64,000 nucleotides of DNA from Octopus vulgaris (lineage: Eukaryota), in contig OX597822.1 in assembly GCA_951406725.2 (NCBI GenBank), positions 96,472,001 through 96,536,000 on the forward strand, written 5' to 3'. The translations under genes and the position numbers were made by a program. Positions 28,759 through 42,554 of the stretch are shown here, piece by piece (position 1 is the stretch's first letter; each line of letters opens with the position of its first letter). The notes under the pieces were generated by a model. That model saw only the letters and a program-made list of their open reading frames with translations, was not told where the DNA came from and ran no database searches.

Positions 28759-28879
28759 TCCTCTATAAATTTCTAAAGCGGAACATCCACTGATCCCAAT
28801 GACTGATAAGTAGAGGACTTTAAACGCCTGAAGCATTCTAGGTGCCAGGCACCCAGTCTCGGCCTTTTCTTCGAGTAGT

Positions 28880-29265
28880 AATCATGTCTACTAAAGGCAC
28901 AAGGCCTGAAATTTGGAGGGTATGAACTAGTCGACCTCAGTGTTTCACTAGTGCTTAATTTATCGACCCCGAAAGGGTGAAGGGCAAAGTCAACCACGGC
29001 GGAAAGACAAAATGCCGCTAAGCATTTTTCCCGGCGTGCTAATGATTCTACCAGCCCACTGCCTTAATAATTTCAAAGTTTGACACAAGGCCTACGGTTC
29101 CGGGAGAGGGGGGGGTAACTCAATTATATCGACACCAGGGCTCAGCTGATACTTATTTTATCGACCCCCGAAAGGATGAAAGGCAAAGTCGACACCCGGT
29201 GCAGGAAGAAATGTCGCTAAGCATTTTCTCCAGCTTGTTAACGATCTTGCCAACTCACCAGCCTT
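28880..29265 (-). mobile_element. Two head-to-tail old SINE-C-related copies
   Basis: TCGACCCCGAAAGG(A/G)TGAA core twice, followed by (TAA)n. Confidence 0.7.
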
Positions 29266-29266
29266 A

Positions 29267-29314
<48 letters not shown>

Positions 29315-29315
29315 G

Positions 29316-29371
<56 letters not shown>

Positions 29372-29379
29372 TTAATAAA

Positions 29380-29470
<91 letters not shown>

Positions 29471-29500
29471 GTGATAATAACAACAACAACAACAACAACA

Positions 29501-29650
29501 TTGAAAAATACCTTAGGAATGAGAACTCAGGTTCGAAATTTCCTCAAGATACCTGATGAAGGCTGGTGGGGGTATATAAGCCGAAACGCTGTTTTGATAA
29601 CAAACAAGTTGAGGAAAAATCCCGTCACTTGTAAATAATGTAAATAATGA
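29501..29650 (+). mobile_element. Penelope-type terminal fragment with hammerhead-like motif
   Basis: CTGATGA-AGGCT..AGCC-GAAAC at 29553-29587. Confidence 0.55.
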
Positions 29651-29784
29651 TCATGAAAACTGTTCAAACTGATGTCCTTCTTGAGCGACACATTTTTCCA
29701 TTCGAGTCAATACAAAATTCCAGATAGTATTTATAGAATTTTGATTTACTGTCAGGTGACTTTTAGCCAACCCTGTATGTGGAT

Positions 29785-30167
29785 GGAAGCACTCCGTCGG
29801 TTACGACGACGAGGGTTCCGGTTGATCCGAATCAACGGAACAGCCTGCTCGTGAAATTAACGTGTAAGTGGCTGAGCATTCCACAGACACGTGTACCGTT
29901 AACGTAGTTCTCGGGGAGATTCAGCGTGACACAGAGAGTGACAAGGCCGGCCCCTTGAAATACAGGTACAACAGAAACAGGAAGTAAGAGTGAGAGAAAG
30001 TTGTGGTGAAAGAGTACAGCAGGGATCACCACCATCCCCTGCCGGAGCCTCGTGGAGCTTTAGGTATTTTCGCTCAATAAACACTCACAACGCCCGGTCT
30101 GGGAATCGAAACGGCAGTCCTACGACCGCGAGTCCGCTGCCCTAACCACTAGGCCATTGCGCCTCCT
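29785..30167 (-). mobile_element. SINE family B
   Basis: Full-length reverse-complement match. Confidence 0.92.
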
Positions 30168-30211
30168 CTGTATGTAGACACACGCACGCAGAAATACTAG
30201 CGGATACTCAC

Positions 30212-30358
30212 CTTCTAACTGCTCAACAGCTTTTGATTTTCTCTGTACGGAATCTTCAAGAGGTTCTATGCAGCGCACGCAGTTACTGTACTTTACTCGA
30301 TATGGAGCTATTTCAACGGACATCTCTGTCAGTCTACGAGTTAAACTATTGATGTGAT
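30212..30358 (-). CDS. Coding exon 3 (147 nt) of the coiled-coil protein
   Basis: Acceptor ttcctcaacccatctag, donor gtgagt, phase 1-1; HINSLTRRLTEMSVEIAPYRVKYSNCVRCIEPLEDSVQRKSKAVEQLE. Confidence 0.82.
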
Positions 30359-30899
30359 CTAGATGGGTTGAGGAAACACGGAGAGCATAACGAATTGGAC
30401 AGAATAACAGAATAACAGAATAAACAGAACCAAGGAATATAAAAGAATTGAATGTTATAAGGGGTTTTTATTGTTTTAAATGAAAGTATTGAATACTGAG
30501 AATGTTTAGGGAAGAATCACTGCTGCTGCTGTTGCTGCTGTTGTTACTGGCTGTTGTTGTTATTGTTGTTGTTGTTCTTGTTCTTGTTTTAGCCCCATGA
30601 CATGTCATTCCTGCTGAATCACATGCGTGACCGAATGTGTTCCAGCCGTGTCCATCATTTCGCTGGTATATTACAGACAACATTTATCAACAGGAGCTTT
30701 ATTAAGGTCAGTAGGATATGAGTTAAGGGATGCCTGGTTACTCTTTCTAACACATTTCAAGACCAAATAGGGTCCGACCCCCCCCCCCACTTCGTTACTA
30801 CTTTTATTTTCGGGCCGAATGATCCATCGGCTCAAGAAATTCCGAAGTCCCATTGTTCTTACACACACACACACACACATACGCACATTCGTATATGGA

Positions 30900-31205
30900 T
30901 GGAAGCACTCCGTCGGTTACGACGACGAGGGTTCCGGTTGATCCGAATCAACGGAACAGCCTGCTTGTGAAATTAACGTGTAAGTGGCTGAGCACTCCAC
31001 AGACACGTGTACCCTTAACGTAGTTCTCGGGGATATTCAGCGTGACACAGAGAGTGACAAGACCGGCCCCTTGAAATACAGGTACAACAGAAACAGGAAG
31101 TAAGAGTGAGAGAAAGTTGTGGTGAAAGAGTACAGCAGGGATCACCACCATCCCCTGCCGGAGCCTCGTGGAGCTTTTAGGTGTTTTCGCTCAATAAACA
31201 CTCAC
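30900..31205 (-). mobile_element. SINE family B, 5'-truncated
   Basis: Match to family B; TSD ATTCGTATAT. Confidence 0.9.
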
Positions 31206-31330
31206 TCATTATTCGTATATACAGACGTTCACACACGTATATTCATAAACACATGCGCGCTTGAGCAGTAATTAGGATGGACAATATGCTACTTAAATGA
31301 AAGGTACCAAAAGATTTAATTTAGAACATA

Positions 31331-31701
31331 CTAGCAGTATCGCCCGGCGTTGCTCGGGTTTGTAAGGGAAATAACTATATAAGCATTTTTAGAGATGTAA
31401 AGTATAATAGCCATCTCAATATGGCTAACCACAAAGGGGGGGGTGTTACTATAGCTTTTTTTAGAGAGTTACTTCCCTTATATAATAGCAAAAAAATGCA
31501 TTAAAAATGGGGAAAATTGATGGAAAATTTTTTTTTTAATCGTAGACTCATCGTAGACGCGCGCTAATACCCAGAAGGGCTCGATGTGAATCACGACTAT
31601 AAGATACCCGCTTTTGGTTACACTGCACCGAAAAATGTGGGAGTAGTTAGGAATCTAAATCGTAGGAGACAGACACACAACTTCACTTTTATATATAAAG
31701 A
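31331..31701 (-). mobile_element. Non-autonomous Helitron
   Basis: TC/CTAG termini, hairpin, AT target. Confidence 0.88.
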
Positions 31702-32049
31702 TATGTATATTATATGTATTTGGTGGAGCTTGGAGGAGTGTATGAGAGGTGGAAACTGAAAGTCAATGTAGCTAAGAGTAAGGTGACGAAATGTTCGAGG
31801 GATGGCATGGTTGGCAGGATGGGTATGAGTATAAATGGTGAGACGTTAGAGGAGATGAGTTTTTTTAAAGTATCTGGGATCACACGTGACGGCAGATGGT
31901 GGAGGATTTGACTGAGGAGGTGGGATACAGAGTGAGGGAGGGGAGTGAGATACTTGGAGTTGTGAAAGGTATTCCTAAGAGATAAAAGGTTGAGTATGAA
32001 AACGAAAAGAGGTGTGTTTGAGGGCGTGATTGTGCCGGCATTGTTATAT

Positions 32050-32469
32050 GGTGCAGGAGTGGCTGTGTGGTAAGTAACTTGCTTACCAACCACATGGTTC
32101 CAGGTTCAGTCCCACTGCGTGGCACCTTGGGCAAGTGTCTTCTACTATAGCCTCGGGCCGACCAAAGCCTTGTGAGTGGATCTGGTAGACGGAAACTGAA
32201 AGAAGCCCATCGTATATATGTATATATATGTATGTATGTATGTGTGTGTGTTTGTGTGTCTGTGTTTGTCCCCCTAGCATTGCTTGACAACCGATGCTGG
32301 TGTGTTTACGTCCCCGTCACTTAGCGGTTCGGCAAAAGAGACCGATAGAATAAGTACTGGGCTTACAAAAGAATAAGTTCCGGGGTCGAGTTGCTCGACT
32401 AAAGGCGGTGCTCCAGCATGGCCGCAGTCAAATGACTGAAACAAGTAAAAGAGTAAAAGAGTAAAAGAG
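32050..32469 (+). mobile_element. SINE family A
   Basis: Full-length match nested in the RTE ORF. Confidence 0.92.
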
Positions 32470-32892
32470 ACGTTGGGGCTGAGAGAGGCGGAAAGGAGGT
32501 GACTAGATGTATTTGAGATGAGATGTCTGAGAGCTATGGTTGGTGTGACACGGATGGACAGGATGAGGAATGAAGAGGTACGAAGGCGAGTAGGAATGAG
32601 AGAAAAACTAACAAACAAAACGGATAGACGGATGTTGAGGTGGTTTGGTCACATGGAAAGGATGGATGAGGATCGGATGGTAAGGAGGGTGATGAAGGCA
32701 GAAGTGGTAAGCAGCAGAACGAGATGCAGACCTCGGTTTGTGTGGATGGATGGATGGAGTGAGGAAAGCTTTGGTGGTTAGAGGCGTTGGCGTGAGAGAG
32801 GTAAGAGAGTTTATTAATGATAGGAAAGTTTGGAGAGTGTTTGTGAATGGATGAGTGAATTTGATGTGGCTCAAAGGGGTACAGAACCAGCG

Positions 32893-33275
32893 TGGAGGCG
32901 CAATGGCCCAGTGGTTAGGGCAGCGGACTCGCGGTCGTAGGATCGCGGTTTCGATTCCCAGACCGGGCGTTGTGAGTGTTTATTGAGCGAAAACACCTAA
33001 AGCTCCACGAGGCTCCGGCAGGGGATGGTGGTGATCCCTGCTGTACTCTTTCACCACAACTTTCTCTCACTCTTACTTCCTGTTTCTGTTGTACCTGTAT
33101 TTCAAGGGCCGGCCTTGTCACTCTCTGTGTCACGCTGAATATCCCCGAGAACTACGTTAAGGGTACACGTGTCTGTGGAGTGCTCAGCCACTTACACGTT
33201 AATTTCACGAGCAGGCTGTTCCGTTGATTCGGATCAACCGGAACCCTCGTCGTCGTAACCGACGGAGTGCTTCCA
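32893..33275 (+). mobile_element. SINE family B
   Basis: 12-bp TSD ACAGAACCAGCG. Confidence 0.93.
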
Positions 33276-33458
33276 CAGAACCAGCGGTTGAGCCCTGCTG
33301 CTGATATTGAGGGTTGCGTTCTATGCCTTGACGCGAGCATAGAACGGGGTTCACCTCTCTGGGCTGGAAAATGAATGGAATGCCTGGTGTGTGTCTTGTT
33401 GTGGCTACCCCTTCCTAAAAGTGGGGAATTGGCCTGGGTATACATGCACACACACCCA

Positions 33459-33676
33459 CAGAAACGCTAGCACGGTGGGCGAAATGCGTAGAAGTATTTC
33501 GTCTGCCGTTACGTTCTGAGTTCAAATTCCGCCGAGGTCGACTTTGCCTTTCATCCTTTCGGGGTCGATAAATTAAGTACCAGTTACGCACTGGCGTCGA
33601 TGTAATCGACTTAATCCGTTTGTCTGTCCTTGTTTGCCCCCTCTGTGTTTAGCTCCTTGTGGGTAATAAAGAAATA
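33459..33676 (+). mobile_element. SINE family C
   Basis: Match to family C. Confidence 0.88.
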
Positions 33677-33984
33677 TATATGTGTGTGTGTGTGTGTGTG
33701 AAAGTATTTGCAGGTACGTATTATGTACATATGTATACACACTCAATCTATACACGCACAGACTCAATCCATACACGCACACACTCATATACACACACTC
33801 ATACACATGCGGGCATATACTGTTCTTTGGGGGGTTTTTTTCGTCAATATGGAGTGATGTGAAGGAATTTTTGGAGCTATTCCTAAAAACATTTATTATT
33901 CTTTAACAAGAATTTTGTTGACGGCCCCTTCGAATTTTCGGTCAGCTAAGCTACCGTCGATTCTACAAAAGTGTAAAGTAAATA

Positions 33985-34396
33985 GGCGCAGGAGTGGCTG
34001 TGTGGTAAGTAGCTTGCTAACCAACCACATGGTTCCGGGTTCAGTCCCACTGCGTGGCATCTTGGGCAAGTGTCTTCTGCTATAGCCCCGGGCCGACCAA
34101 TGCCTTGTGAGTGGATTTGGTAGACGGAAACTGAAAGAAGCCTGTCGTATATATGTATATATATATATATAAGTGTGTGTGTGTGTGTGTGTGTTTGTGT
34201 GTCTGTGTTTGTCCCCCTAGCATTGCTTGACAACCGATGCTGGTGTGTTTAAGTCCCCGTTACTTAGCGGTTCGGCAAAAGAGAACGATAGAATAAGTAC
34301 TGGGCTTACTAAGAATAAGTCCCGGGGTCGATTTGCTCGACTAAAGGCGGTGCTCCAGCATGGCCGCAGTCAAATGACTGAAACAAGTAAAAGAGT
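33985..34396 (+). mobile_element. SINE family A
   Basis: Full-length match. Confidence 0.92.
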
Positions 34397-34556
34397 AACC
34401 CATTAGATTAATGTAAAATTGATTTTACTTTAAGTGAACATAAAAAAAAACATACATTTATACGTTTCTATAAATTTCGTGGAACCAAATAGCAGCTCCC
34501 TCCGTTAGCTTAACCACCTATAGACGTCAAAAGAAGCTGGTGATGCCAGTAGGATA

Positions 34557-35072
34557 TCTATATATATAAAACTGTAGTTGTGTGAGTGTCTGTCTCCTAC
34601 GATTTAGATTCCTAACTCCTCCCACATTTTGCGGTGCAGTTTAATCAAATTCGGGTATCTTATAGTCGTGATTAATATCGAGCCCGTCTGGCTATTAGCG
34701 CGCGTCTACGATGAGTCTACGATTTTAAAAATAATTTAACATCATTTTTTTTATTCCATTTTAATGCATATTTTTTCGTGTGTCGATGGCGGCGGAGTTG
34801 GCGTCCATGGTCACATCTGCACCTGTGTTGCTTCTCCCCCTTCTTCCCTCCCTCGTGAAGCTGTGGGGAAGGGAGTTTAAGGAAATCAACGTCGTAGAGC
34901 GTTGTCAAGGAGACCAGCGTTCTTTTAGAACAACGACTTCTTGGCTTGAAGACACCAAAACAGAAATGGCTAAGAAAGCCTGAATTGGCATCTATAAAGG
35001 AAGTAACTCTCTAAAAATGCTTATATAGTTATTTCCCTTACAAACCCGAGCAACGCCGGGAGATACTGCTAG
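34557..35072 (+). mobile_element. Non-autonomous Helitron with ~210-bp extra internal segment
   Basis: TC/CTAG termini; near-identical inverted copy at 47818-48327. Confidence 0.88.
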
Positions 35073-35091
35073 TATATATATAAGTACTTAC

Positions 35092-35238
35092 TATCAACTT
35101 GAACCATGTTTTCACGGTGTCTGCTAATGATTTCCTTCTTTGTACTCAGTTCTTTTTCAACATTAGCCAGTTCGTCTTCGAAAGCTTCGTTTTCAGTGTT
35201 GTATTTTGAGAGTTTGTTACTCATGTACTCTATTAGTT
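35092..35238 (-). CDS. Coding exon 2 (147 nt) of the coiled-coil protein
   Basis: Acceptor tttacttccatacag, donor gtaagt, phase 1-1; LIEYMSNKLSKYNTENEAFEDELANVEKELSTKKEIISRHRENMVQVD. Confidence 0.85.
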
Positions 35239-35452
35239 CTGTATGGAAGTAAAGATTCTGAGCATCAGTACTCTAAATGTATACAAACATAAATACACAC
35301 ATAAACGGCGGTGCATCAGCATGGCCGCAGCTCCGAGCTGAAACTTTAAAAAATTTAAAAATACGTGCACACACACACACACATACATACACACAACGAA
35401 TACACATTCATATATACACACAGACACACACATACAAACACACATGTGCACG

Positions 35453-35512
<60 letters not shown>

Positions 35513-35538
35513 CTCTCTCTCTTTCACTCACTCACACT

Positions 35539-35540
<2 letters not shown>

Positions 35541-35570
<30 letters not shown>

Positions 35571-37020
35571 CGTACATGTATACCTGCATACCTGCATACA
35601 CACACACTCATATATACATACATACATGCATTCATACATATATGTATGCATACATACATATATACATGCATTCGTACATACATACATGCATACATACATA
35701 CATACATGCATACATTCATGCATACATGCATACATACATGCGTGCATACATACATACATTCATACATACATACATACATACATATATGCATACATATATA
35801 CATACATACATACATACGTACATACATACATATATACATACATACATACGTGCATACATACATACATTCATACATACATACATACATATATGCATACATA
35901 TATACATACATACATGCATACATGCATACATGCATACATGCATACATACATACGTGCATACATACATACATGCATACATACATACATACATTCATACATG
36001 CATACATACATACATACATGCATACATACGTGCCTACATACATACATACATACACACATACATACATACATACATACATACGTGCATACATACATACATA
36101 CATACATACATACATGCATGCATACATACATACATACATACGTGCATACATGCATACATACATAACTACATACATACATACATACATGCATACATGCATA
36201 CATACATGCATACATACATACATACATACATGCATGCATACATACATACATACATGCATACATACATACATACATGCATACATGCATACATACATACATA
36301 CATACATACATACATACATACATACATACGTACACACATTTGCGCACTCTCATGGTATACTTGCAAAAATATACGAGGAGTGCTGAAAAGACCCTGGCGT
36401 TAAGAGTTTTGCGAAAGGCCTAGCTGGAGGCCAAACCTTCCAAGTTCTTTTGCAGGGCGCAGAAAAACGGTAGGGCCGCTGCAATAAATGTGTGAATCTG
36501 AGAGGTGAATATATTGAATAAAGCCGTAATTAACTGATCCTCCTGTAATTTCTTTTACCCAAAACCAGGAACTTTTCAGCACCCTGTCGTACATATATGT
36601 ATATATGCATGTATGTATGCATGTATGTATGTATGTATGCATGTATGCATGTATGTATGTATGTATGCACGTATAAATGTATGTATGTATATATGCATGC
36701 ATGTATGTATGTATGCATGTATGTATGTATGTATGTATGCAAGTATGTATGTATGTATGTATGTATGTATGTATGTATGTATGCATATATGTATGTATGT
36801 GTGTGTATGTATGTATGTATGTATGTATGTATATATGTATGTATGTATGAATGCATGTATGTATGCATGTACGAATGCATGTATATACGTACGTATGAAT
36901 ACATATATGTATGAATGCATGTATGTATATATATGAGTGTGTGTGTATGCATGTATGCATGTACGTATGTATGTATGTATGTATGTATGTATGTATGTAT
37001 GTATGTATGTATGTTTGTAT
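35541..37020. repeat. Inverted pair of complex (CATA)n / (TATG)n arrays flanking a mariner MITE
   Basis: Variant pattern at 35560-35700 is the reverse complement of 36850-36970. Confidence 0.85.
36374..36589 (+). mobile_element. Internally deleted mariner element (MITE)
   Basis: TA TSD; TIRs CGAGGAGTGCTGAAAAG / CTTTTCAGCACCCTGTCG; residual KCVNLRGEYIE-stop. Confidence 0.85.
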
Positions 37021-37611
37021 GTCGGTATTGCTAAGTTCTAACTGAGGGGCACTTCGAATTTAACACACTAGCTTGCTCAACCAAAAATTATTTGTGTGCG
37101 AGTGTGTATGTGTATTTAAACACCACTCCCATTCAGATAGGTTGAGCAGGTGGCTGGGCATCTTAATGTCCTAGTCAACCTGAACTGCACCCCATCTCAA
37201 GATTTTATATAGACACCGGTTGAGAACTACTGCACTAGATCTGGACTGCTTAGCTTTGGAGGTAGAATAGAGTCTTAGTGGTAGTGAGTAAGCTGTTATT
37301 AGCTTTAAATTTCAGCATGGGCATTGCTGACAATCATTGTCTTTAGTATCTCGGATACAATGATTTGTCAGCGATTGTCACACCCGTCTACGAGTTCACA
37401 GCAACGACGCATGGATAAATAGTTGGATATAGTTACATTTTATTGGTTTATTGCACTAAAAAGGAATCTTAGCTTTCATTAATTCCAGGAGCTCTTCGGA
37501 AATTATAATTTTTTTTAAAATCTATAAACGTAGTTCTTTTAAAACATTTCTTTATATATCGAACATTTTGGAATAAATTTCATCCATAATAGTTGAAATA
37601 ACGAAATATGA

Positions 37612-37823
37612 GGGCAGTGAGCAGGAACAAACGTTAGCATGCCGTTGTCTGCCGTTACGTCCTGAGTTCAAACTCCGCCGAGGTCGACTTTGCCTTTCAT
37701 CCCTTTTGGGGTCGATCAAATAAGTACCAATTACGCACTGGGGTCGATGTAATCGACTTAGTCCCTTTGTCTGTCCTTGTTTGTACCCTCTATGTTTAGC
37801 TCCTTGTGGGCAATAAAGAAATA
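37612..37823 (+). mobile_element. SINE family C with internal deletion
   Basis: Match to family C. Confidence 0.85.
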
Positions 37824-38173
37824 AATATGGGATCAAATAATTTGAGATAGAATATTAATCAAACAGCTGCGTTAAATGTTAAATGTGAAAAACAGAAATA
37901 ATTTGGGTTGGTAATCGTATACCAATATTTAAACGTACGGCACTAACTAGTCTGTGTGCGTGTGTATTATATATACGTGTATGTGTATGTATACATGCAT
38001 ATATATTTTTGTATGTGTGTGCGTGCGTGCGTGTGTGCGTACGTGTGTATGTAAGATAAGATGAAGGAAATAGATATTTAATTAAATCGATAATTACAGA
38101 GTATAGTAAACTGAAAGAACGAAGAAATAAAAACTCACAAGCCGATTATTTTGTACAAACACTCATGTATATA

Positions 38174-38211
<38 letters not shown>

Positions 38212-38267
38212 CATATATATGTGTATGTGTGTGTGTTTATATATGCATGCGTATATGTATGTGTATG

Positions 38268-38300
<33 letters not shown>

Positions 38301-38360
38301 ATGTGTGTGTGTTTATATATGCATGCGCATATGTATGTGTATGTATATATATATGTGTGT

Positions 38361-38411
<51 letters not shown>

Positions 38412-38414
<3 letters not shown>

Positions 38415-38720
38415 AGGCGCAATGGCCCAGTGGTTAGGGCAGCGGTCTCGGGGTTGTAGGATTACGGTTTCGATTCCCAGACCGGGCGTTGTGAGTGTTT
38501 ATTGAGCGAAAACACCTAAAGCTCCACGCGGCTCCGGCAGGGGATGGTGGCGATCCCTGCTGTACTCTTTCGCCGCAACTTTCTCTCATTCTTTCTTCTG
38601 TTGACCTGCTCGCTTAGCCAGCGGGGTGGCGTCATTTGAAGGCTAAAACAATGCGAAGCGCATTGTGACCAGCGATGTGTAACAACATCTGATGGCCTGG
38701 TCAGTCGCGGTGACGGTGAT
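38412..38720 (+). mobile_element. SINE with family-B head and a different 3' tail
   Basis: Matches family B to ~38590, then an unrelated tail. Confidence 0.82.
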
Positions 38721-38737
38721 ATATATATACATACACA

Positions 38738-38771
<34 letters not shown>

Positions 38772-38829
38772 TGTGTGTGTGTGTATGTATGTATGCATGT
38801 ATGCATACAGAAATTTTCAGACTTTGTCA

Positions 38830-39075
38830 AAAGCGACATCTAACCTCTAACTGCAACGGGCATCTTGCAGCGCTCCAGCTACTTCATGAAGGACCTATGG
38901 GAGTTCTCCACAAAAAAAAAAAAAAAACTGTGTCCAGGACCCTTGTCAAAGCCTCCTTCATTTTCAGAAGGACTGTCCCTGATGTTCTCCCTCAGCTTGG
39001 GGAACAATAAAAAAGTGACAGGATGCGAGGTCTGGATTGAAGGGTGGGTAAAGGAACGTCTCGAAACTTGTGGAA
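38830..39075 (-). mobile_element. Mariner transposase C-terminal remnant
   Basis: YPPFNPDLASC..FLLFPKLRENIR, a degenerate HPPYSPDLAP-DF-LFPKLK motif. Confidence 0.75.
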
Positions 39076-39103
39076 TGTACCTCATACATATATCTTAACT
39101 TTT

Positions 39104-39487
39104 TGGAAGCACTCCGTCGGTCACGACGACGAGGGTTCCGGTTGATCCGATTAACGGAACAGCCTGCTCGTGAAATTAACGTGTAAGTGGCTGAGCACTC
39201 CACAGACACGTGTACCCTAAACGTAGTTCTCGGGGATATTCAGCGTGAAACAGAGAGTGACAAGGCCGACCCTTTGAAATACAGGTACAACAGAAACAGG
39301 AAGTAAGAGTGAGAGAAAGTTGTGGTGAAAGAGTACAGCAGGGATCACCACCATCCCCTGCCGGAGCCTCGTGGAGCTTTTAGGTGTTTTTGCTCAATAA
39401 ACACTCACAACGCCCGGTCTGGGAATCGAAACCGCGATCCTATGACCGCGAGTCCGTTGCCCTAACCACTGGGCCATTGCGCCTCCA
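39104..39487 (-). mobile_element. SINE family B
   Basis: 20-bp TSD ACCTCATACATATATCTTAA. Confidence 0.93.
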
Positions 39488-39514
39488 CACCTCATACATA
39501 TATCTTAATACGTA

Positions 39515-39546
<32 letters not shown>

Positions 39547-39603
39547 TCGCTTAAACCAATGTGAATACAAAGAGAAACAAAGCTGTAAGACTAGTACACA
39601 TAC

Positions 39604-39664
39604 GAATTAAAGCTGACTGTTTTGAATTGGGTGAGATCATCTCATTTTCATAACAGGTGTCCAT
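39604..39664 (-). CDS. Coding exon 1 of the coiled-coil protein (exon 39604-39801 includes 5' UTR)
   Basis: Strong poly-T..ATTGCAG acceptor before 39801; upstream in-frame TAG; Kozak acaATGg; donor gtatgt phase 1; MDTCYENEMISPNSKQSALI. Confidence 0.68.
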
Positions 39665-39947
39665 TGTCAGTGATTTCCCAGGTTTCGTTTCCTTAATCTA
39701 TTTATCAATGTTGATTACTAGAATTTTGGAATTGCTTTCTTAAAAGATAGAAATATCTTTTCACAGTGTTGCGTCTTACGATTAGTTGTTCTCGTGATGC
39801 CCTGCAATAAAAAAAAATTACATAGACAGACACAAAAATAGCCATAAACACATTACATAATACATGGAATAGCTGGCATGTGTCTGTGTGTGTGATTGTG
39901 TGTATTGTGTGTGTGAATGTGTGTGCTAATATATCGTGTTGTATACA

Positions 39948-40254
39948 TTATTTCTTTACTATCCACAAGGGGTTAAACACAGAGAGGAATTTGAACTCAG
40001 AACGTAACGGCAGACGAAATACCTATTTCTTTACTACCCACAAGGGGCTACACACAGAGGAGACAAACAAGGACAGACAAACGGATTAAGTCGATTAATC
40101 GACCCCAGTGCGTAACTGGTACTTAATTTATCGACATCGAAAGGATGAAAGGCAAAGTCGACCTCGGCGGAATTTGAACTCAGAACGTAACGGCAGACGA
40201 AATACTGCTAAGCATTTCGCCCGGCGTGCTAACGTTTCTGACAGCTCGCCGCCT
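39948..40254 (-). mobile_element. SINE family C with a partial second body
   Basis: Same dimer junction as 21141 and 45803. Confidence 0.87.
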
Positions 40255-40649
40255 AAAAAAAAAATATATATATATAAGGTATATTAAATACATTTCTTTG
40301 TTATAACAACTGCCACGTTACTGAACACTAAGTGTTTGGATTCGACTCTCTTACACTTCTAGAAATGATTTTTAGACCCGGTTTTAGTACAATTAGGTTT
40401 TGTTTCTATAATAGCTTTTCTCCTCCTGGCTTGTCACGTACCTACACCAATCAGACACACCCGTACCACTTATTTCTCCACCTCCCTACACCTTTGGTGC
40501 ATTAAATTCCACCAACACTACCGTCACCTCCCGGCTCGGCCCTAACTGTAGTGCCCAGGCCATTTTCCCCTAGAACATCGATTGTCTGGAATCTCTCTGA
40601 AACTGAAAATGACTTACCCTGCAGTGTAAAGTGTGTTGCCCCTCCTTCC

Positions 40650-40900
40650 TCAGCGGGACAAGTGGCACAACCTAAGCTCCAAAGGAACAAACAACATCCA
40701 AACCAACTGGCGTATAGAGTGCCTCAGGACAAGCTATGAAACACATAGAAAAACATCTACTTCTATCCCAACAAGCGGTGTTCCTTGCTTGATCTGCAGC
40801 CGTATCTCTACCTCTGACTTGGGTTTAATATATCACATGAACCTCCACTGATGTTGACTTTGAAATACAGTTGACTTTCTCTGCATCGAGAGACTACCAA
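40650..40900 (+). mobile_element. RTE LINE extreme 3' end with a C2H2 finger
   Basis: RDKW..PCLICSRISTSDLGLIYHMNLH-stop. Confidence 0.65.
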
Positions 40901-40914
40901 GTTGGAAAAGAGGA

Positions 40915-40978
<64 letters not shown>

Positions 40979-40979
<1 letters not shown>

Positions 40980-41601
40980 GGAAGAGCTATTTTTATCATA
41001 CTTGTGGCTATGGCGAAAGAATGTATCTGGTGGACGCGCCTGAAAGGATTAGAGACAAACATTTTCCTCTCTGGTCAATCTCTCATCAACTTCTTCAAGT
41101 ATCACTTGAAGAGGAAAGTGAGAGTAGAGAGGCAAGTTTTGTCTAGTGAATGTTTTAAAAAAAGATGGGTGAATGTAGCAAGGATGGCACGTATGAATGA
41201 CGAAGCCACCTTGACTATGATTCTATGAACCGTAAAAATTAATACAGAGAGTTGCTTATTTGCAAAAAAAAAAAAGAAATATAACATGTGACTTCACTGA
41301 ACGAGGTTACCGTGGTCTTTTCCGTAGGCTTTTCTTTCCACGGGTAAACCTCACCTGTCCTCCCCTTTACACTTTATATTGACATTTCTGTGATAACGAT
41401 CCCTATTGATCAAAATTTTTCCTTTCCCTCCCCCCTTTTTTAAAAATTTTATTTTATCCCCCCCTTTTTTGTCCTCTTTCTTTCCATTTACGATCCCTTT
41501 TGATCGAAAACCAAACCCCCTTCTTTTACCCCCAAAAGAAAAGCTCTACCTTGTAATTTTGTCCTGTATGTGTGCAGCCCTGTGTGGCTAATAAAGAAAC
41601 A
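40979..41601 (+). mobile_element. 5'-truncated Tx1/L1-clade LINE in (TATC)n
   Basis: Highly similar to the next copy; (TATC)n on both sides. Confidence 0.88.
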
Positions 41602-41628
41602 TATCTATCTATCTATCTATCTATCTAC

Positions 41629-41688
<60 letters not shown>

Positions 41689-41691
<3 letters not shown>

Positions 41692-42554
41692 GGCAGTGCT
41701 ACCGAGAAGCGCTACCCGTTCGGGATAAGCTCTACAGACACGGCTCGAGAAACACGGGGCCGACCTGCCCGAGATGCAGTCAGAGCGACGAAACCGTTCT
41801 GCACGCACTCGTGCAGTGTCCAACAATTTCCGACCTGTGGGCTTATGTCGAACAACTGCTGTCACGTGTGGGACGAGTCGGTTTATCAGCTGAGTCTATC
41901 GTCAATATTGTCACGCCTCCCTCCTTCAAACGGGAAGGAAGAGCTATTTTCATCATCCTTGTGGCTATGGCGAAAGAATGTATCTGGTGGACGCGTCTGA
42001 AAGGATTGGAGACAAACACTTTCCTCTCTGGTCAATCTCTCATCAACTTCTTCAAGTACCACTTGAAAAGGAAAGTGAGAGTAGAGAGGCAAGTTTTGTC
42101 TAGCGAATGTTTTAAAAAAAGATGGGTGAATGTAGCAAGAATGGCACGTATGAATGACGAAGCCACCTTGAGCATGATCCTATGAACCCAGAAATTGAAA
42201 ACAGAGAGTTGCTTATTCGCAAAAAAAAAAAAAAAAAAGAAATATAACATGTGACTCCATTGACCGAGGTTACCGTGGTCTTTTCCGTAGGCTTTTCTTT
42301 CCACGGGTAAACCTCACCTGTCCTCCCCTTTACACTTCATATTGACATTTCTGTGATAACGATCCCCATTGATCAATTTTTTTTCCTCTCCCCTTTTTTT
42401 AACCCCCTTTTTTTGTCCTCTTTCTCTCCTTTTACGATCCCTTTTGATCGAAACTCCCCCTTCCTTTTTTTTTTTTTTTAAACCTTCAAAAGAAAAGCTC
42501 TACCTTGTAATTTGTTCTATCTGTGTGCAGCCCTGTGTGGCTAATAAAGAAACA

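Larger units (their letters stand above)
27075..28870 (-). mobile_element. Degenerate Tx1/L1-clade LINE 3' part with nested SINE-A and Helitron
   Basis: CPRCTQTDEIVLYALVQCPNIADLWCYVEQLLSRVG..LSAESV homologous to the 41689 copy. Confidence 0.8.
31715..33445 (+). mobile_element. RTE-clade LINE 3' part, interrupted by SINE-A and SINE-B
   Basis: LKVNVAKSKV..PALLYGA[SINE]ET..VFEMRCLRAMVGVTRMDRMRNEEVR..LRWFGHMERM. Confidence 0.85.

Noticed and set aside
35277-36403. Long His/Thr/Tyr/Ile-rich ORFs (also at ~11000 and ~59200)
   Set aside because: Stop-free reading of (CATA)n repeats in multiple frames
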